NCBI GenBank assembly: GCA_029940695.1
Contig: JAPYUP010000005.1
Coordinates: forward strand, 1,120-65,119
Length of the DNA stretch: 64,000 nucleotides
Reading direction: 5' to 3'
Origin: Candidatus Thalassarchaeaceae archaeon
GTDB taxonomy: Archaea > Thermoplasmatota > Poseidoniia > Poseidoniales > Thalassarchaeaceae
Shown: positions 11,207 to 19,892 of the stretch, piece by piece
Numbering within the stretch: position 1 is the stretch's first letter
Layout of the letters: each line of letters starts with the position of its first letter
The notes under the pieces: generated by a model
Databases searched by the model: none
Told to the model about the DNA's origin: nothing
What the model saw: the letters and a program-made list of their open reading frames with translations, nothing else
Made by a program: the position numbers and the translations under genes

Positions 11207-13482
11207 CACCCGCTCACCCCCCAAGCCAGAGCGAAGATTGAGAGTGCACCGACCGCGGTCATCAGTATGTAGTCGCGGGCCCTTCCAGTTGTCACCTTGC
11301 GAATCTGGATGGATCCAAGCACGGAGTTGGACTCAACCTGCTTGACCAACCCGTCTACGACGTTCTTGTCGAACCAGGCGGCGAAGGCGGCGAAGGGGAT
11401 CGCTGTCTTGGCGAGAATCCATTCGTAGAGGTCGTCGAAGTAAAGCCGGTTCTGTAGCGCCTCCGATAGGCTGGACTCCGCTATCTCGGATACGTCCTGC
11501 GAGCCGAATTTGTCAGAGAGGGAGACCAGCCAAGCGACCATCGGGTTGGACTTCTCGCCCTCTGCGAGCCTGCCACCATGAATACGGGCAGCATAGATTG
11601 GTCCAATGACCAGTGAGAGGAAGATGGTGGTCCAGCCTACCAGCCTGAGGTTCGTGTCAGAAGGCAGGAATGCGTGCTCGAGCGTCTCGAGAACCCCATG
11701 TAGCGCCAAGTGGTCCTTCTCGGCCGAGAGGAAGTCGACGACGCCCATTACAGACAGAAGGAAGCCGCCTAGGGCGCTGATTACAGTCAGGATAATGAGT
11801 GGTTCCTTGATCCAGGGCGTGGCCTCGTGAACATGCTTTGCGGCCTCGTGCTTTGGCTTACCGGCGAAGGTCATGAACCACATCCGAGACATGTAGAAGC
11901 CAGTCATACCTGCTGTCAGTAGGATCAGTAGAGCAGGGCCGAACATCAGTGGCTCCGCCTCGAGGCAGGCCTTCCACGTCTCAGCGATGATACCCTCCTT
12001 CGACCAGAACCCGCCTATGAGCGGGATGCCGATTATCGACATGGACCCGAACATCATCGCAGTGGCCGTGACCGGCATCTTCGATGCGAGACCGCCCATG
12101 TTGCGCATATCCTGGTGGTCGAAGTCGTCGTGACCGCGGTCCGCCCCATGGTGCAGGTGCTCGTGCGCGTGGTGGACCTCGTGGATGACCGAGCCGCTGG
12201 CCATGAACAGCATCCCCTTGGCCATGGCGTGATTGAAAAGGTGGAACATCGATGCCCCGAACACGAAAGCAGCGGCGTGGTGATCGCCGTGGCTGTAGAA
12301 CCAGAGGGCGGAACCGAGACCGGTGAAGATGTAGGCAAGTTGGCTCATAGTTGAGTAGGCCAAGACCTTCTTGATGTCGTTCTGCACGAACGCTATCGAG
12401 GCCGCCATGAAGGCGGTGATGCCACCCACCCAGGCGACTATCAGCCCGAATTCCTCGAGTCCAGCAACGCCATGGTGGCTTACGTCGACGAAGGGCACCA
12501 TGCGGGCGACGAGATAGAGGCCGGCGTTCACCATGGTCGCCGCGTGAATGAGCGCGGACACGGGCGTAGGGCCCTCCATGGCGTCTGGCAGCCAGACGTG
12601 GAGCGGGAACTGGGCAGACTTGCCTATGGCACCGATGAATAGCATCATGAGAGCCCAGAATAGCTGTCCAGAGTCTACTACAGCGCCACCGACCCCAGTG
12701 GACGGGTCATCGAAGACCACGGAGAACTCGAGCGAGCCGTAGATGTCGTAGAGAATTAGCAGCCCGACCATCAGAAACACATCGCCAACACGGGTGGTCA
12801 GGAAGGCCTTCTTGGCGGCGTATGCCGCGCTCTCCTTCCAGAAGTAGAACCCTATCAGAAGGTAGGAGCATAGTCCCATGATCTCCCAGAAGACGAACAG
12901 CCACAGGAAGTTGTCAGCGAGCACCATCCCGAACATGCCTAGAGCGAACAACACGAACTCGCTGTAGAACCGGTGGTTTCGGTTCTCGTTGATCTGGTCG
13001 GTGTTCATGTAGCCCAAGCTGAACCAACAAATCAGGAAGCACAGAAAGGTGGCCACGAACAGCAGCATCAGGGTGACGGAGTCGATCCACACGCCCATCC
13101 CAAGCACCCTCGTCTCGGTCATGGTGTAGTCCGACTGCATGACCTCGAAGGAAATCCAATCGAACCAGGTCGCAACGCTGTCGTGCTCGAAGTGAGCGGC
13201 CTCGGTCAGGTAATCGAACATTATCCAGAGAGCCACAGTGAGGGAGATTAGCAGAGAGCCGAGCCCGATGATGCCTCCTTCCTTCAGATTATTCTTCCAA
13301 GTCTCGTTGCCGTTGTAGGCCTGCCCGACGATCAAGATTACTGGGAAGGCGAGGAAGGGGGCCAGCACAATCAGGAACGTCGCCTCGTGCGACTCCATCC
13401 CCAGTAGGGACAGCACTGGCACGACCAGAAGTGCTGGAACCATAGGTAGGAGAAGGTTGTACTCATTTCCAGACTCCGCCAT
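11206..13482 (-). CDS. nuoL: Complex I-like subunit L
   Basis: WEIMGLCSYLLIGF, GKSAQFPLHVWLPDAMEGPTPVSALIHAATMV, DIKKVLAYST, QDMRNMGGL, YFDDLY. Confidence 0.95.
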   Translation of the reverse strand: MAESGNEYNLLLPMVPALLVVPVLSLLGMESHEATFLIVLAPFLAFPVILIVGQAYNGNETWKNNLKEGGIIGLGSLLISLTVALWIMFDYLTEAAHFEHDSVATWFDWISFEVMQSDYTMTETRVLGMGVWIDSVTLMLLFVATFLCFLICWFSLGYMNTDQINENRNHRFYSEFVLFALGMFGMVLADNFLWLFVFWEIMGLCSYLLIGFYFWKESAAYAAKKAFLTTRVGDVFLMVGLLILYDIYGSLEFSVVFDDPSTGVGGAVVDSGQLFWALMMLFIGAIGKSAQFPLHVWLPDAMEGPTPVSALIHAATMVNAGLYLVARMVPFVDVSHHGVAGLEEFGLIVAWVGGITAFMAASIAFVQNDIKKVLAYSTMSQLAYIFTGLGSALWFYSHGDHHAAAFVFGASMFHLFNHAMAKGMLFMASGSVIHEVHHAHEHLHHGADRGHDDFDHQDMRNMGGLASKMPVTATAMMFGSMSIIGIPLIGGFWSKEGIIAETWKACLEAEPLMFGPALLILLTAGMTGFYMSRMWFMTFAGKPKHEAAKHVHEATPWIKEPLIILTVISALGGFLLSVMGVVDFLSAEKDHLALHGVLETLEHAFLPSDTNLRLVGWTTIFLSLVIGPIYAARIHGGRLAEGEKSNPMVAWLVSLSDKFGSQDVSEIAESSLSEALQNRLYFDDLYEWILAKTAIPFAAFAAWFDKNVVDGLVKQVESNSVLGSIQIRKVTTGRARDYILMTAVGALSIFALAWGVSG

Positions 13483-13490
13483 CCTACCAC

Positions 13491-13796
13491 CTAGTTCCTC
13501 AGTTTGCTCGCACGTTCATCGAGGAAGATTGTCTGCTGTGTGCTGTACATCGACAGTAGGATGGCCAGTCCGATGGCCACCTCTGCTGCAGCGATCGCGA
13601 TTGCAATGGCGGTGAAGACCCATCCGCTTACGTCACCGTAGTGGGCGGCGGCAGCCACGAAGTTCAGGTTGGCTGCATTGAGCATCAGCTCGATGCACAT
13701 CAGCACCACGATTGCGTTCTTGTGGTAGAAGGTCCCGAGGAGGCCTATGCCAAACAGAATGACGCCCAGTCCAGCTATCCAGCTGGGATCGATCAT
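13491..13796 (-). CDS. nuoK: Complex I-like subunit K
   Basis: LMCIELMLNAANLNFV and AAAEVAIGLAI motifs. Confidence 0.93.
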   Translation of the reverse strand: MIDPSWIAGLGVILFGIGLLGTFYHKNAIVVLMCIELMLNAANLNFVAAAAHYGDVSGWVFTAIAIAIAAAEVAIGLAILLSMYSTQQTIFLDERASKLRN

Positions 13797-14059
13797 TCCT
13801 CCTCACCTCCGATGTCCCATAGCAGATTGGTCAGGCGCTCGTCGCGCACGAGGTAGGATGCGCCGATCATGGCCATGGCGAGTAGTCCGCCGAGAACCAC
13901 AGTTGCGACGGACCAGTCGTTGAAGAGGGCGTTCGCGAACTCTATGGTTGTAGGTGCCTCTCCGGTCTCGTCCCACATGGGATGCTCCATCACTTCCCTA
14001 AGCAGAATCAGGATGAAGGCGAAGATACCTATCCCGGCCATCGCCGAAAGCGCCCTCAT
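13793..14059 (-). CDS. Complex I-like subunit J, C-terminal half (J2)
   Basis: LFNDW...LLAMAMIGA matches the NuoJ C-terminal helix; sits between J1 and K. Confidence 0.8.
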   Translation of the reverse strand: MRALSAMAGIGIFAFILILLREVMEHPMWDETGEAPTTIEFANALFNDWSVATVVLGGLLAMAMIGASYLVRDERLTNLLWDIGGEEE

Positions 14060-14325
14060 CAGACCTCAACATCCTGTATTCTTCTACGAGTGAGCATGAC
14101 ACCGAACTGAACGACAATCATCACTGATCCTAGGTAAACGAGAATCTGAACAGCGGCCAACATCTCGGCACTGGCCATCAAGAAGACGGCAGCCACGGCA
14201 GTGAAGGTAAGCATTAGACATAGCAGCGAGTGCGCGACCCTTCTGGCAAACACACAGCCAATCGCGCCTGCAATCGCGGAGCCCGCGACGATGACGAATA
14301 CGACAGCCTCAAAGTCAATGGGCAC
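14059..14325 (-). CDS. nuoJ: Complex I-like subunit J, N-terminal half (J1)
   Basis: AEMLAAVQILVYLGSVMIVVQFGVMLT is the NuoJ TM3 motif. Confidence 0.88.
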   Translation of the reverse strand: MPIDFEAVVFVIVAGSAIAGAIGCVFARRVAHSLLCLMLTFTAVAAVFLMASAEMLAAVQILVYLGSVMIVVQFGVMLTRRRIQDVEV

Positions 14326-14329
14326 TGAA

Positions 14330-15292
14330 TCAAGCCCCCGTCCTAGCCGCCTTCTTGGCCCGCCTCTCCTTCTTCTCCTTCTCCTTCTGCGCGCGCTTGG
14401 CGAGCTCCATGTCCACCCTCTCTTGGTGGACGGCTGGCATCACCCTGGTTCTATCAGCATCCATCCAGAGTTCCTCTCTCGAGAAGCCCGACATGCCGTC
14501 GTACTCGTTGGTCATGAAGAAGGACTCGAACGGGCAGGCCTCCATGCAGAGGCCGCAGAACATGCATCTGCCCAAATCAATACGACCCGAGACGATGTCC
14601 TGCTCCGCGGGTTTCAACGAATCGAGGTCGACGTCCTCGATTCCGGATCCGTCCGACCAGCGCACGGTAGCGATGTCGCCGGTGATGTCTATGACTTCGG
14701 CGAAGTCGTACTGCTGCGGAGCGATGCCATGGTCTTTGACGAGATCGAAGCCATTTGCGATTTCGTCGAAATCTTCCTTCGTCCTGGCTGCGTAGGTCCC
14801 TGCCTCGACCTCGCTACCGTAACCGTGCCACTCGTGAGTGTCGTCCATGGTGTCGAGGACGTCAACTTTGACCTCAGAGGTCATGTGGAGGCAGTCGTTG
14901 GGGCATATCTTTACGCATGCCTTGCATGCGGTGCAGGTCTCCCAGATGATGCCTATCCTGCCGTTGTAGTTACCGGGCACGAACAGCCAGGGCTCGAGGT
15001 CCTCGAGCCTCTCGTAGGGATACATCACCGTGACTGGCCTCTCCATGAAGGGCATGATTTGGCTCGTCTCGCGGTCAGCCGAGAATTTCTGGTAGGCGCT
15101 GGGGTGTTCCTCGCCGACCCTTCTCCTAGTCTCTGGGTCGACCATCTGGGCAGTCTGTCCGTGGTAGTCGTTTTTCAGAATCCTGAGTTTCCCTAGGAAT
15201 GGAACGGTTCGCAGCGCCGTCTTCATCGTAATCCACATTGGTCGCACAACGAGGTTGCGGAAGCTCGGGGTTCCATGGGGGTGGTAGCTCAT
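14330..15292 (-). CDS. nuoI: Complex I-like subunit I (2x[4Fe-4S]) with large insertions
   Basis: TVMYPYE, CTACKACVKICP and RCMFCGLCMEACP; 320 aa, much longer than typical NuoI. Confidence 0.9.
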   Translation of the reverse strand: MSYHPHGTPSFRNLVVRPMWITMKTALRTVPFLGKLRILKNDYHGQTAQMVDPETRRRVGEEHPSAYQKFSADRETSQIMPFMERPVTVMYPYERLEDLEPWLFVPGNYNGRIGIIWETCTACKACVKICPNDCLHMTSEVKVDVLDTMDDTHEWHGYGSEVEAGTYAARTKEDFDEIANGFDLVKDHGIAPQQYDFAEVIDITGDIATVRWSDGSGIEDVDLDSLKPAEQDIVSGRIDLGRCMFCGLCMEACPFESFFMTNEYDGMSGFSREELWMDADRTRVMPAVHQERVDMELAKRAQKEKEKKERRAKKAARTGA

Positions 15293-16920
15293 GAGCGCGC
15301 CTCCGAGTCCCTATGGCTTCCGGGTGAGGCCTTCACTGGGTCCCGCCCGGGGATGTAGGTGCTGTACGGTCGGCGCATGGTCTCTAGGGCCTCCTTGTCC
15401 TCGTCAAGGACGAGTATGGCAAAGCCTACCACGCCCATCAGCATCATTACAATCGGGGCGACGAGTCCCCAGCCGCTGTCCCAAATCCAAAAGAAGCCCC
15501 AGCCGCTGTCCCAAACCCAGACCCTGAGGAAGATGGCGAGGGCCAGATTGACGATTGAGAGAGGGAGGAGCCATCGCCATCCGAACTCCAGTATCTGGTC
15601 TGAGCGTACCCTGTGCAGGGAAGCGCGAATCCAGACGAAGACGGCGAACAACAGCCAAGCCTTCCCCAGCACCCACACGATTCCCGGGATGATTGAGAAT
15701 AGAGTCCCTAGGGCCCCGCCGACTAAGGGCATAGATTCCAGGCTGCCTTGGAATGGAGCCTCCCAGCCTCCTAGGAAGAACAGGGCGAAGAGGAGGCACG
15801 CTGCGAACGATCGCATGTACTCGGCCATGAACATGAAGCCCCAGCGTAGGCCGCCGTACTCGGTCCACCATCCCTCGACTAGCTCGGCCTCGGCCTCGGG
15901 CATGTCGAAGGGGATGCGTTCTACCTCAGCAATCATAGTGATTAGGAACAGTACAGCGCCCAGTGGCATCATGAATACGTTCCAGATATCGCCCTCGCTA
16001 ATCTGGAAGTCCACGATCTCGATGATGTTGAAGGAGCCACTGAGCACGCAGACGCCGAGCACGGTAATCAGCAGAGGGATCTCGTAGGCGGTGAGTTGGG
16101 CCGCGGAGCGCATTCCTCCGATGAGGGTGTACTTGTTGTTGGACGACCAGCCGGCGAAGAAGACCCCTAGAGGGGCAACCCCGAAGACAGCCATCATAAA
16201 GATCGTCGAGAGCTCGGGGCTGGCGATGTAGAAGTGAGGCCCGAAGGGGATGAAAGCGAACACCAAGACAGTCGTGGAGATGATAATCACGGGGGCTACT
16301 TCAAAGACGATCTTGTCGGCGTTCTTCGGTACGATGTGTTCCTTGCCTGCGAACTTCGTGAAGTCCGCGAAGGCCTGGAAGAATCCCGGGAGAAGGAACC
16401 AGTAGCCGTGGTAGCTCCGGTTGTTGACTCTGGAGACCGTCTCCAGAGGGTGGTCATTACCCCAAATCGAGTTGAGCAGCCTGTTGCCCCACCCTATGGG
16501 TGCGCCCATGCCGAACGGAAGCTGGTTCCACCACTCTCCGGCCGTCACGCCACTCTCACCGACCCATAGGCTGCGGAGGGTGGTCGTGGCACCGAGCCTG
16601 TCCATCAGGCGCCCGATGAACTTCCGCTCGATGTAGGGAATCGGCAGCATGGTCATCATGACCGTGGTGAACACGATTGTGCAGACGATTGTAGCGTTGA
16701 AGAACGCCTCCAAACCGGGCTGCATGGCTGCGAACTCCCTCTGGAGGTCGAAGATCGGACCGATGACGATGTCGTGTGGCCAAATTCCCCTTGGAAGTGA
16801 GATGGTCGCCTGCAAATCGATGTCCCCGGACGGCAGAGTGTCATGTAATCCATCCATCGACCAACCAACGAACCTCTCAACCCACCCCCTAAGGTCCAGC
16901 CAGTCGCTGCTCGGCATCAT
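15289..16920 (-). CDS. nuoH: Complex I-like subunit H, extended
   Basis: ERKFIGRLMDRLG, GWSSNNKY..IGGMRSAAQ..AYEIP, AEVERIPFDMPEAEAELVEG..TEY, R.R.DQ. Confidence 0.93.
   Translation of the reverse strand: MMPSSDWLDLRGWVERFVGWSMDGLHDTLPSGDIDLQATISLPRGIWPHDIVIGPIFDLQREFAAMQPGLEAFFNATIVCTIVFTTVMMTMLPIPYIERKFIGRLMDRLGATTTLRSLWVGESGVTAGEWWNQLPFGMGAPIGWGNRLLNSIWGNDHPLETVSRVNNRSYHGYWFLLPGFFQAFADFTKFAGKEHIVPKNADKIVFEVAPVIIISTTVLVFAFIPFGPHFYIASPELSTIFMMAVFGVAPLGVFFAGWSSNNKYTLIGGMRSAAQLTAYEIPLLITVLGVCVLSGSFNIIEIVDFQISEGDIWNVFMMPLGAVLFLITMIAEVERIPFDMPEAEAELVEGWWTEYGGLRWGFMFMAEYMRSFAACLLFALFFLGGWEAPFQGSLESMPLVGGALGTLFSIIPGIVWVLGKAWLLFAVFVWIRASLHRVRSDQILEFGWRWLLPLSIVNLALAIFLRVWVWDSGWGFFWIWDSGWGLVAPIVMMLMGVVGFAILVLDEDKEALETMRRPYSTYIPGRDPVKASPGSHRDSEARS
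15467..15515. repeat. 30-bp-period tandem duplication in the nuoH 3' region (19-bp exact core CCCCAGCCGCTGTCCCAAA)
   Basis: Copies at 15467-15485 and 15497-15515; protein reads WVWDSGWG-FF-WIWDSGWG. Confidence 0.85.
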
Positions 16921-16921
16921 A

Positions 16922-18058
16922 TCACCTATCCGTCTCCCCTATGCACGGGTCAAACGAGCCCATGATGGCCGGGATGTCTGCAACCTTGTAACCGATCATG
17001 CATTTGGATGCATATGGGATGGTCAGAAACATCGGCGAGCGGATGGATACGCGGTACGGCTGTTTGCCGCGAGCCTCACCGCCCCCTACAAGGTAGAACA
17101 TCGACTCGCCGCGGCTGTCCTCAAAGTGGTGGAAGCCAGAGGTGCCTTCGGGTGCCCTACTAGGTGCCTTCGCTAATATTGCGGGGTCGCCAGGCTCGTG
17201 GTAGGTGTCGGCACCACGAGGAATCTTTTCCAGTGCCTCGAGGACCATTAGGGCGCTGATGCGCATCTCCTCGACTCTGACTCTGTACCTGTCGTAGCAA
17301 TCAGCCCCCTTGATCGACGGCCGCTCGACAGGCGGCTCCCAGTCTAGCTCACTGTAGACTGAATAAGGGTGGGCTCGACGAACGTCGTAATTCACGCCTC
17401 CAGCGCGGAGGTTCGGGCCAGAGACTCCGTGGTTGGCCATCTCTTCGGGCTTGGCGTACCCCACGCCTTGGGTTCTGATGAGGAAGATGGTGCTCTCGTC
17501 GAACAGAGCCTCGTACTCCTGAATCCTATCTAGGAAAAGGCTGACCTTGGCCCTGGCCCGCTGGGCGAAGCCGTGTGGAAGGTCGCGCTTGACGCCCCCC
17601 ACTCTGGGGAAGTTGTAGTGCATCCTCGAGCCACCCAATTCTTGGAGCAGATCCATCATCATCTCTCTCTCGCGTAGGCACCAGACCATGATGGACAGGT
17701 TGCCGATGTCGGGACCATAGGCACCCAACCACATCAGGTGGGATGCGATCCTCTGCAGTTCCACAGCGATGAGTCGGATGTACTCGGCACGTTCGGGAAC
17801 CTCGACTTCCAGCAGGTCCTCGACCGCGTAGATATAGGAGTGCGACCAGGTGTTGGCGCTGGCGTAGCACAACCGGTCACAGTAGGTGGTGAACTGGGTG
17901 AAATCTCGCGCCTCGCCTATCTTCTCGACGCCTCGGTGGATGTAGCCGAGGTCGGGCTCGGTGTCAATCACAGTCTCTCCATCGACCTTGACCTTGAGGG
18001 TCCACAGTCCGTGAGTCATGGGGTGCTGGGGGCCCATAGAAATCCACATTTCCGCCAA
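16922..18058 (-). CDS. nuoD: Complex I-like subunit D
   Basis: GPQHPMTHG, GYIHRGVEK, ELQRIASHL, DCYDRY..RVEEMR, GETDR; GGAGGTG SD before the TTG start. Confidence 0.94.
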   Translation of the reverse strand: MAEMWISMGPQHPMTHGLWTLKVKVDGETVIDTEPDLGYIHRGVEKIGEARDFTQFTTYCDRLCYASANTWSHSYIYAVEDLLEVEVPERAEYIRLIAVELQRIASHLMWLGAYGPDIGNLSIMVWCLREREMMMDLLQELGGSRMHYNFPRVGGVKRDLPHGFAQRARAKVSLFLDRIQEYEALFDESTIFLIRTQGVGYAKPEEMANHGVSGPNLRAGGVNYDVRRAHPYSVYSELDWEPPVERPSIKGADCYDRYRVRVEEMRISALMVLEALEKIPRGADTYHEPGDPAILAKAPSRAPEGTSGFHHFEDSRGESMFYLVGGGEARGKQPYRVSIRSPMFLTIPYASKCMIGYKVADIPAIMGSFDPCIGETDR

Positions 18059-18070
18059 TCTAACACCTCC

Positions 18071-18730
18071 TCACTTGATTTTGCCAGCGTCGGACGGCTT
18101 GCGCAGGAAGCCCTGCGCATCGTCGTACATCTCCTCGAAGTCGTGGTATCGCAGCCTGTGCTGCTTCTGGAGCGGATGGAAGCCGGGCGGCGTCTCGTGC
18201 GGCTGAAGGACCCTGCGCATTCCTACGTGGCCCTCGAAGTCGATGCCGACCAAGTCCCAGGTCTCCTTCTCATTCCAATCGGCGCCGACCCATATGTCCT
18301 GGACCGATGCCACGCAAGGCTCTCTGGTCTCGGGTAGGTTGACACGTACCTCAATCTCCAGCGGCACCCCGTTGCCCTTGACCTTCGTGGGGTCGATGAC
18401 GATGGGTTCGACCATGCCATCGATCACAGGAGGGTTCGACACTGCCATTCGCAGAAAGTGGTAGACGACCTCCCAGTTCTTCTCGGGACCCCCCTCCGGC
18501 CAATGAATACCCGTGATCATTGAGCAATAGTCCACTCCGTGGGTATTTCTGAGGCTCTCGGCCAAGCCACGCCACCGCTCAGGGTCGCAGCTTACAATAA
18601 CCACGTTCCGCGGGCTCGTGCCACTGTTTCTCTCGGCCACCTCGGCCGTTATGCCGTCCATCTCGGACACCGCAGCAGCCAAGCTCTCGGCAGCTGACCT
18701 CTGTGTAGTAGTAGAAACGACTTTGCCCAC
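18071..18730 (-). CDS. nuoC: Complex I-like subunit C
   Basis: ADWNEKETWDLVGIDFEGH and HPLQK match the NuoC C-terminal motif. Confidence 0.9.
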   Translation of the reverse strand: MGKVVSTTTQRSAAESLAAAVSEMDGITAEVAERNSGTSPRNVVIVSCDPERWRGLAESLRNTHGVDYCSMITGIHWPEGGPEKNWEVVYHFLRMAVSNPPVIDGMVEPIVIDPTKVKGNGVPLEIEVRVNLPETREPCVASVQDIWVGADWNEKETWDLVGIDFEGHVGMRRVLQPHETPPGFHPLQKQHRLRYHDFEEMYDDAQGFLRKPSDAGKIK

Positions 18731-18741
18731 GCTTGGCCCCC

Positions 18742-19338
18742 CTAGTCATCTCCGATGATAATCGGGTTCAGTGAGTCTGGCCTACCGTCATCTGGAAGAG
18801 CGCCGATACGGATAATCTTCTGCCGGAGCTTGTCGAAGCCGTCAATCAGGGCCTCAGGACGCGGCGGGCAGCCCGGGATGTAGACGTCGACGGGGATTAC
18901 GGTGTCGACTCCTTCGAGGATGTTGTAGGACTGGAAGTACGGGCCACCGGAGATTGCGCACTCGCCCATGGCTATGCACCACTTGGGCTCGGGCATCTGC
19001 TCCCAGAGCCTGATTATGGGGTCGGCGAACTTCTTGCTTATCGGACCGTTTACCAGAAGCACATCGCACTGTCGGGGGCTGGAGCGGAAGAAGACGCCGA
19101 AGCGCTCGGCATCGAACCTACTAGCACCCGCCGCTGCCATCTCAAGAGCGCAGCACTTGATTCCCAAGTGTAGGGGGAACAAAGATTTCCTCTGACTCCA
19201 GTTGAATACTCTGCCAGCGAGGACGCCGATGACGTCCTTGATTCGGCTTGCCTTCATCGCCTCTTCGGTGACATCGCCCACTGTGTCGACCAGCATCCTG
19301 CTGTTGAAGACCGAGTAGTTGTGCCCATCGTCTGCCAT
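18742..19338 (-). CDS. nuoB: Complex I-like subunit B
   Basis: CCALEM, SPRQCD, QMPEPKW.IAMGEC, PVDVYIPGCPPRPEA. Confidence 0.95.
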   Translation of the reverse strand: MADDGHNYSVFNSRMLVDTVGDVTEEAMKASRIKDVIGVLAGRVFNWSQRKSLFPLHLGIKCCALEMAAAGASRFDAERFGVFFRSSPRQCDVLLVNGPISKKFADPIIRLWEQMPEPKWCIAMGECAISGGPYFQSYNILEGVDTVIPVDVYIPGCPPRPEALIDGFDKLRQKIIRIGALPDDGRPDSLNPIIIGDD

Positions 19339-19347
19339 CGCTTCACC

Positions 19348-19806
19348 TCAGATGTATATTCTGCCTCGCTTGCGGAAGACGTGCCAGACACCCAGCCCCA
19401 TTAGGAAAATGAAGACAGTCATCGTCAGCAGCGCGTCGATGACCTCGCTGTCCTTGAGCACTCCTCCCCCCTTCTGTATGGCCATGACACCGCCAAAGGC
19501 GAGGAACATGAACGCGATATCGAAGACGAGGAACACAATTGCGTACCAGTAGTACTGGAAGTGGAAGTTGATATCGGCTTCCCCCATAGGATCAGAGCCG
19601 CACTCGTATGTGCTATCGCGACGCAGGTACAGGCTCTGGTCGGTCTCGTACCCGGGTAGAAGAATAGATCTCATCTTAGTGCCGTCGGACCCCTTCTTAG
19701 TCGGCCTCAGAAAACGGGTTGCGATGAAACTGATTACCGGGAATCCAACGCCGACGAGGGTCATGACGGCAACGGGGAGGTACATCTCGGCAACTGTAGT
19801 CATCAT
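19348..19806 (-). CDS. nuoA: Complex I-like subunit A
   Basis: YECGSDP and YYWYAIVFLVFDI; start trimmed to MMTT after a GGTGA SD at 19808-19812. Confidence 0.9.
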   Translation of the reverse strand: MMTTVAEMYLPVAVMTLVGVGFPVISFIATRFLRPTKKGSDGTKMRSILLPGYETDQSLYLRRDSTYECGSDPMGEADINFHFQYYWYAIVFLVFDIAFMFLAFGGVMAIQKGGGVLKDSEVIDALLTMTVFIFLMGLGVWHVFRKRGRIYI

Positions 19807-19892
19807 ATCACCATCGGTCCCGTAGGGACCGTCATGGACCGCCACGAAAAAACCGGACATAAGCGTATCCGAAGGTGGGTCTAGGACTCTGC

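Noticed and set aside
14201..15196. 331-aa plus-strand ORF and many other long antisense ORFs (e.g. 35999-36901, 36183-36947, 15359-16087)
   Set aside because: Shadow frames of well-identified genes in GC-rich coding DNA; no motifs of their own.
16922..18058. NuoD as a group 4 [NiFe]-hydrogenase large subunit (Cys in DRLCY and DPCIG)
   Set aside because: Neither site forms the CxxC pairs needed for Ni-Fe ligation; GPQHP..HG and the GETDR terminus are complex I features.
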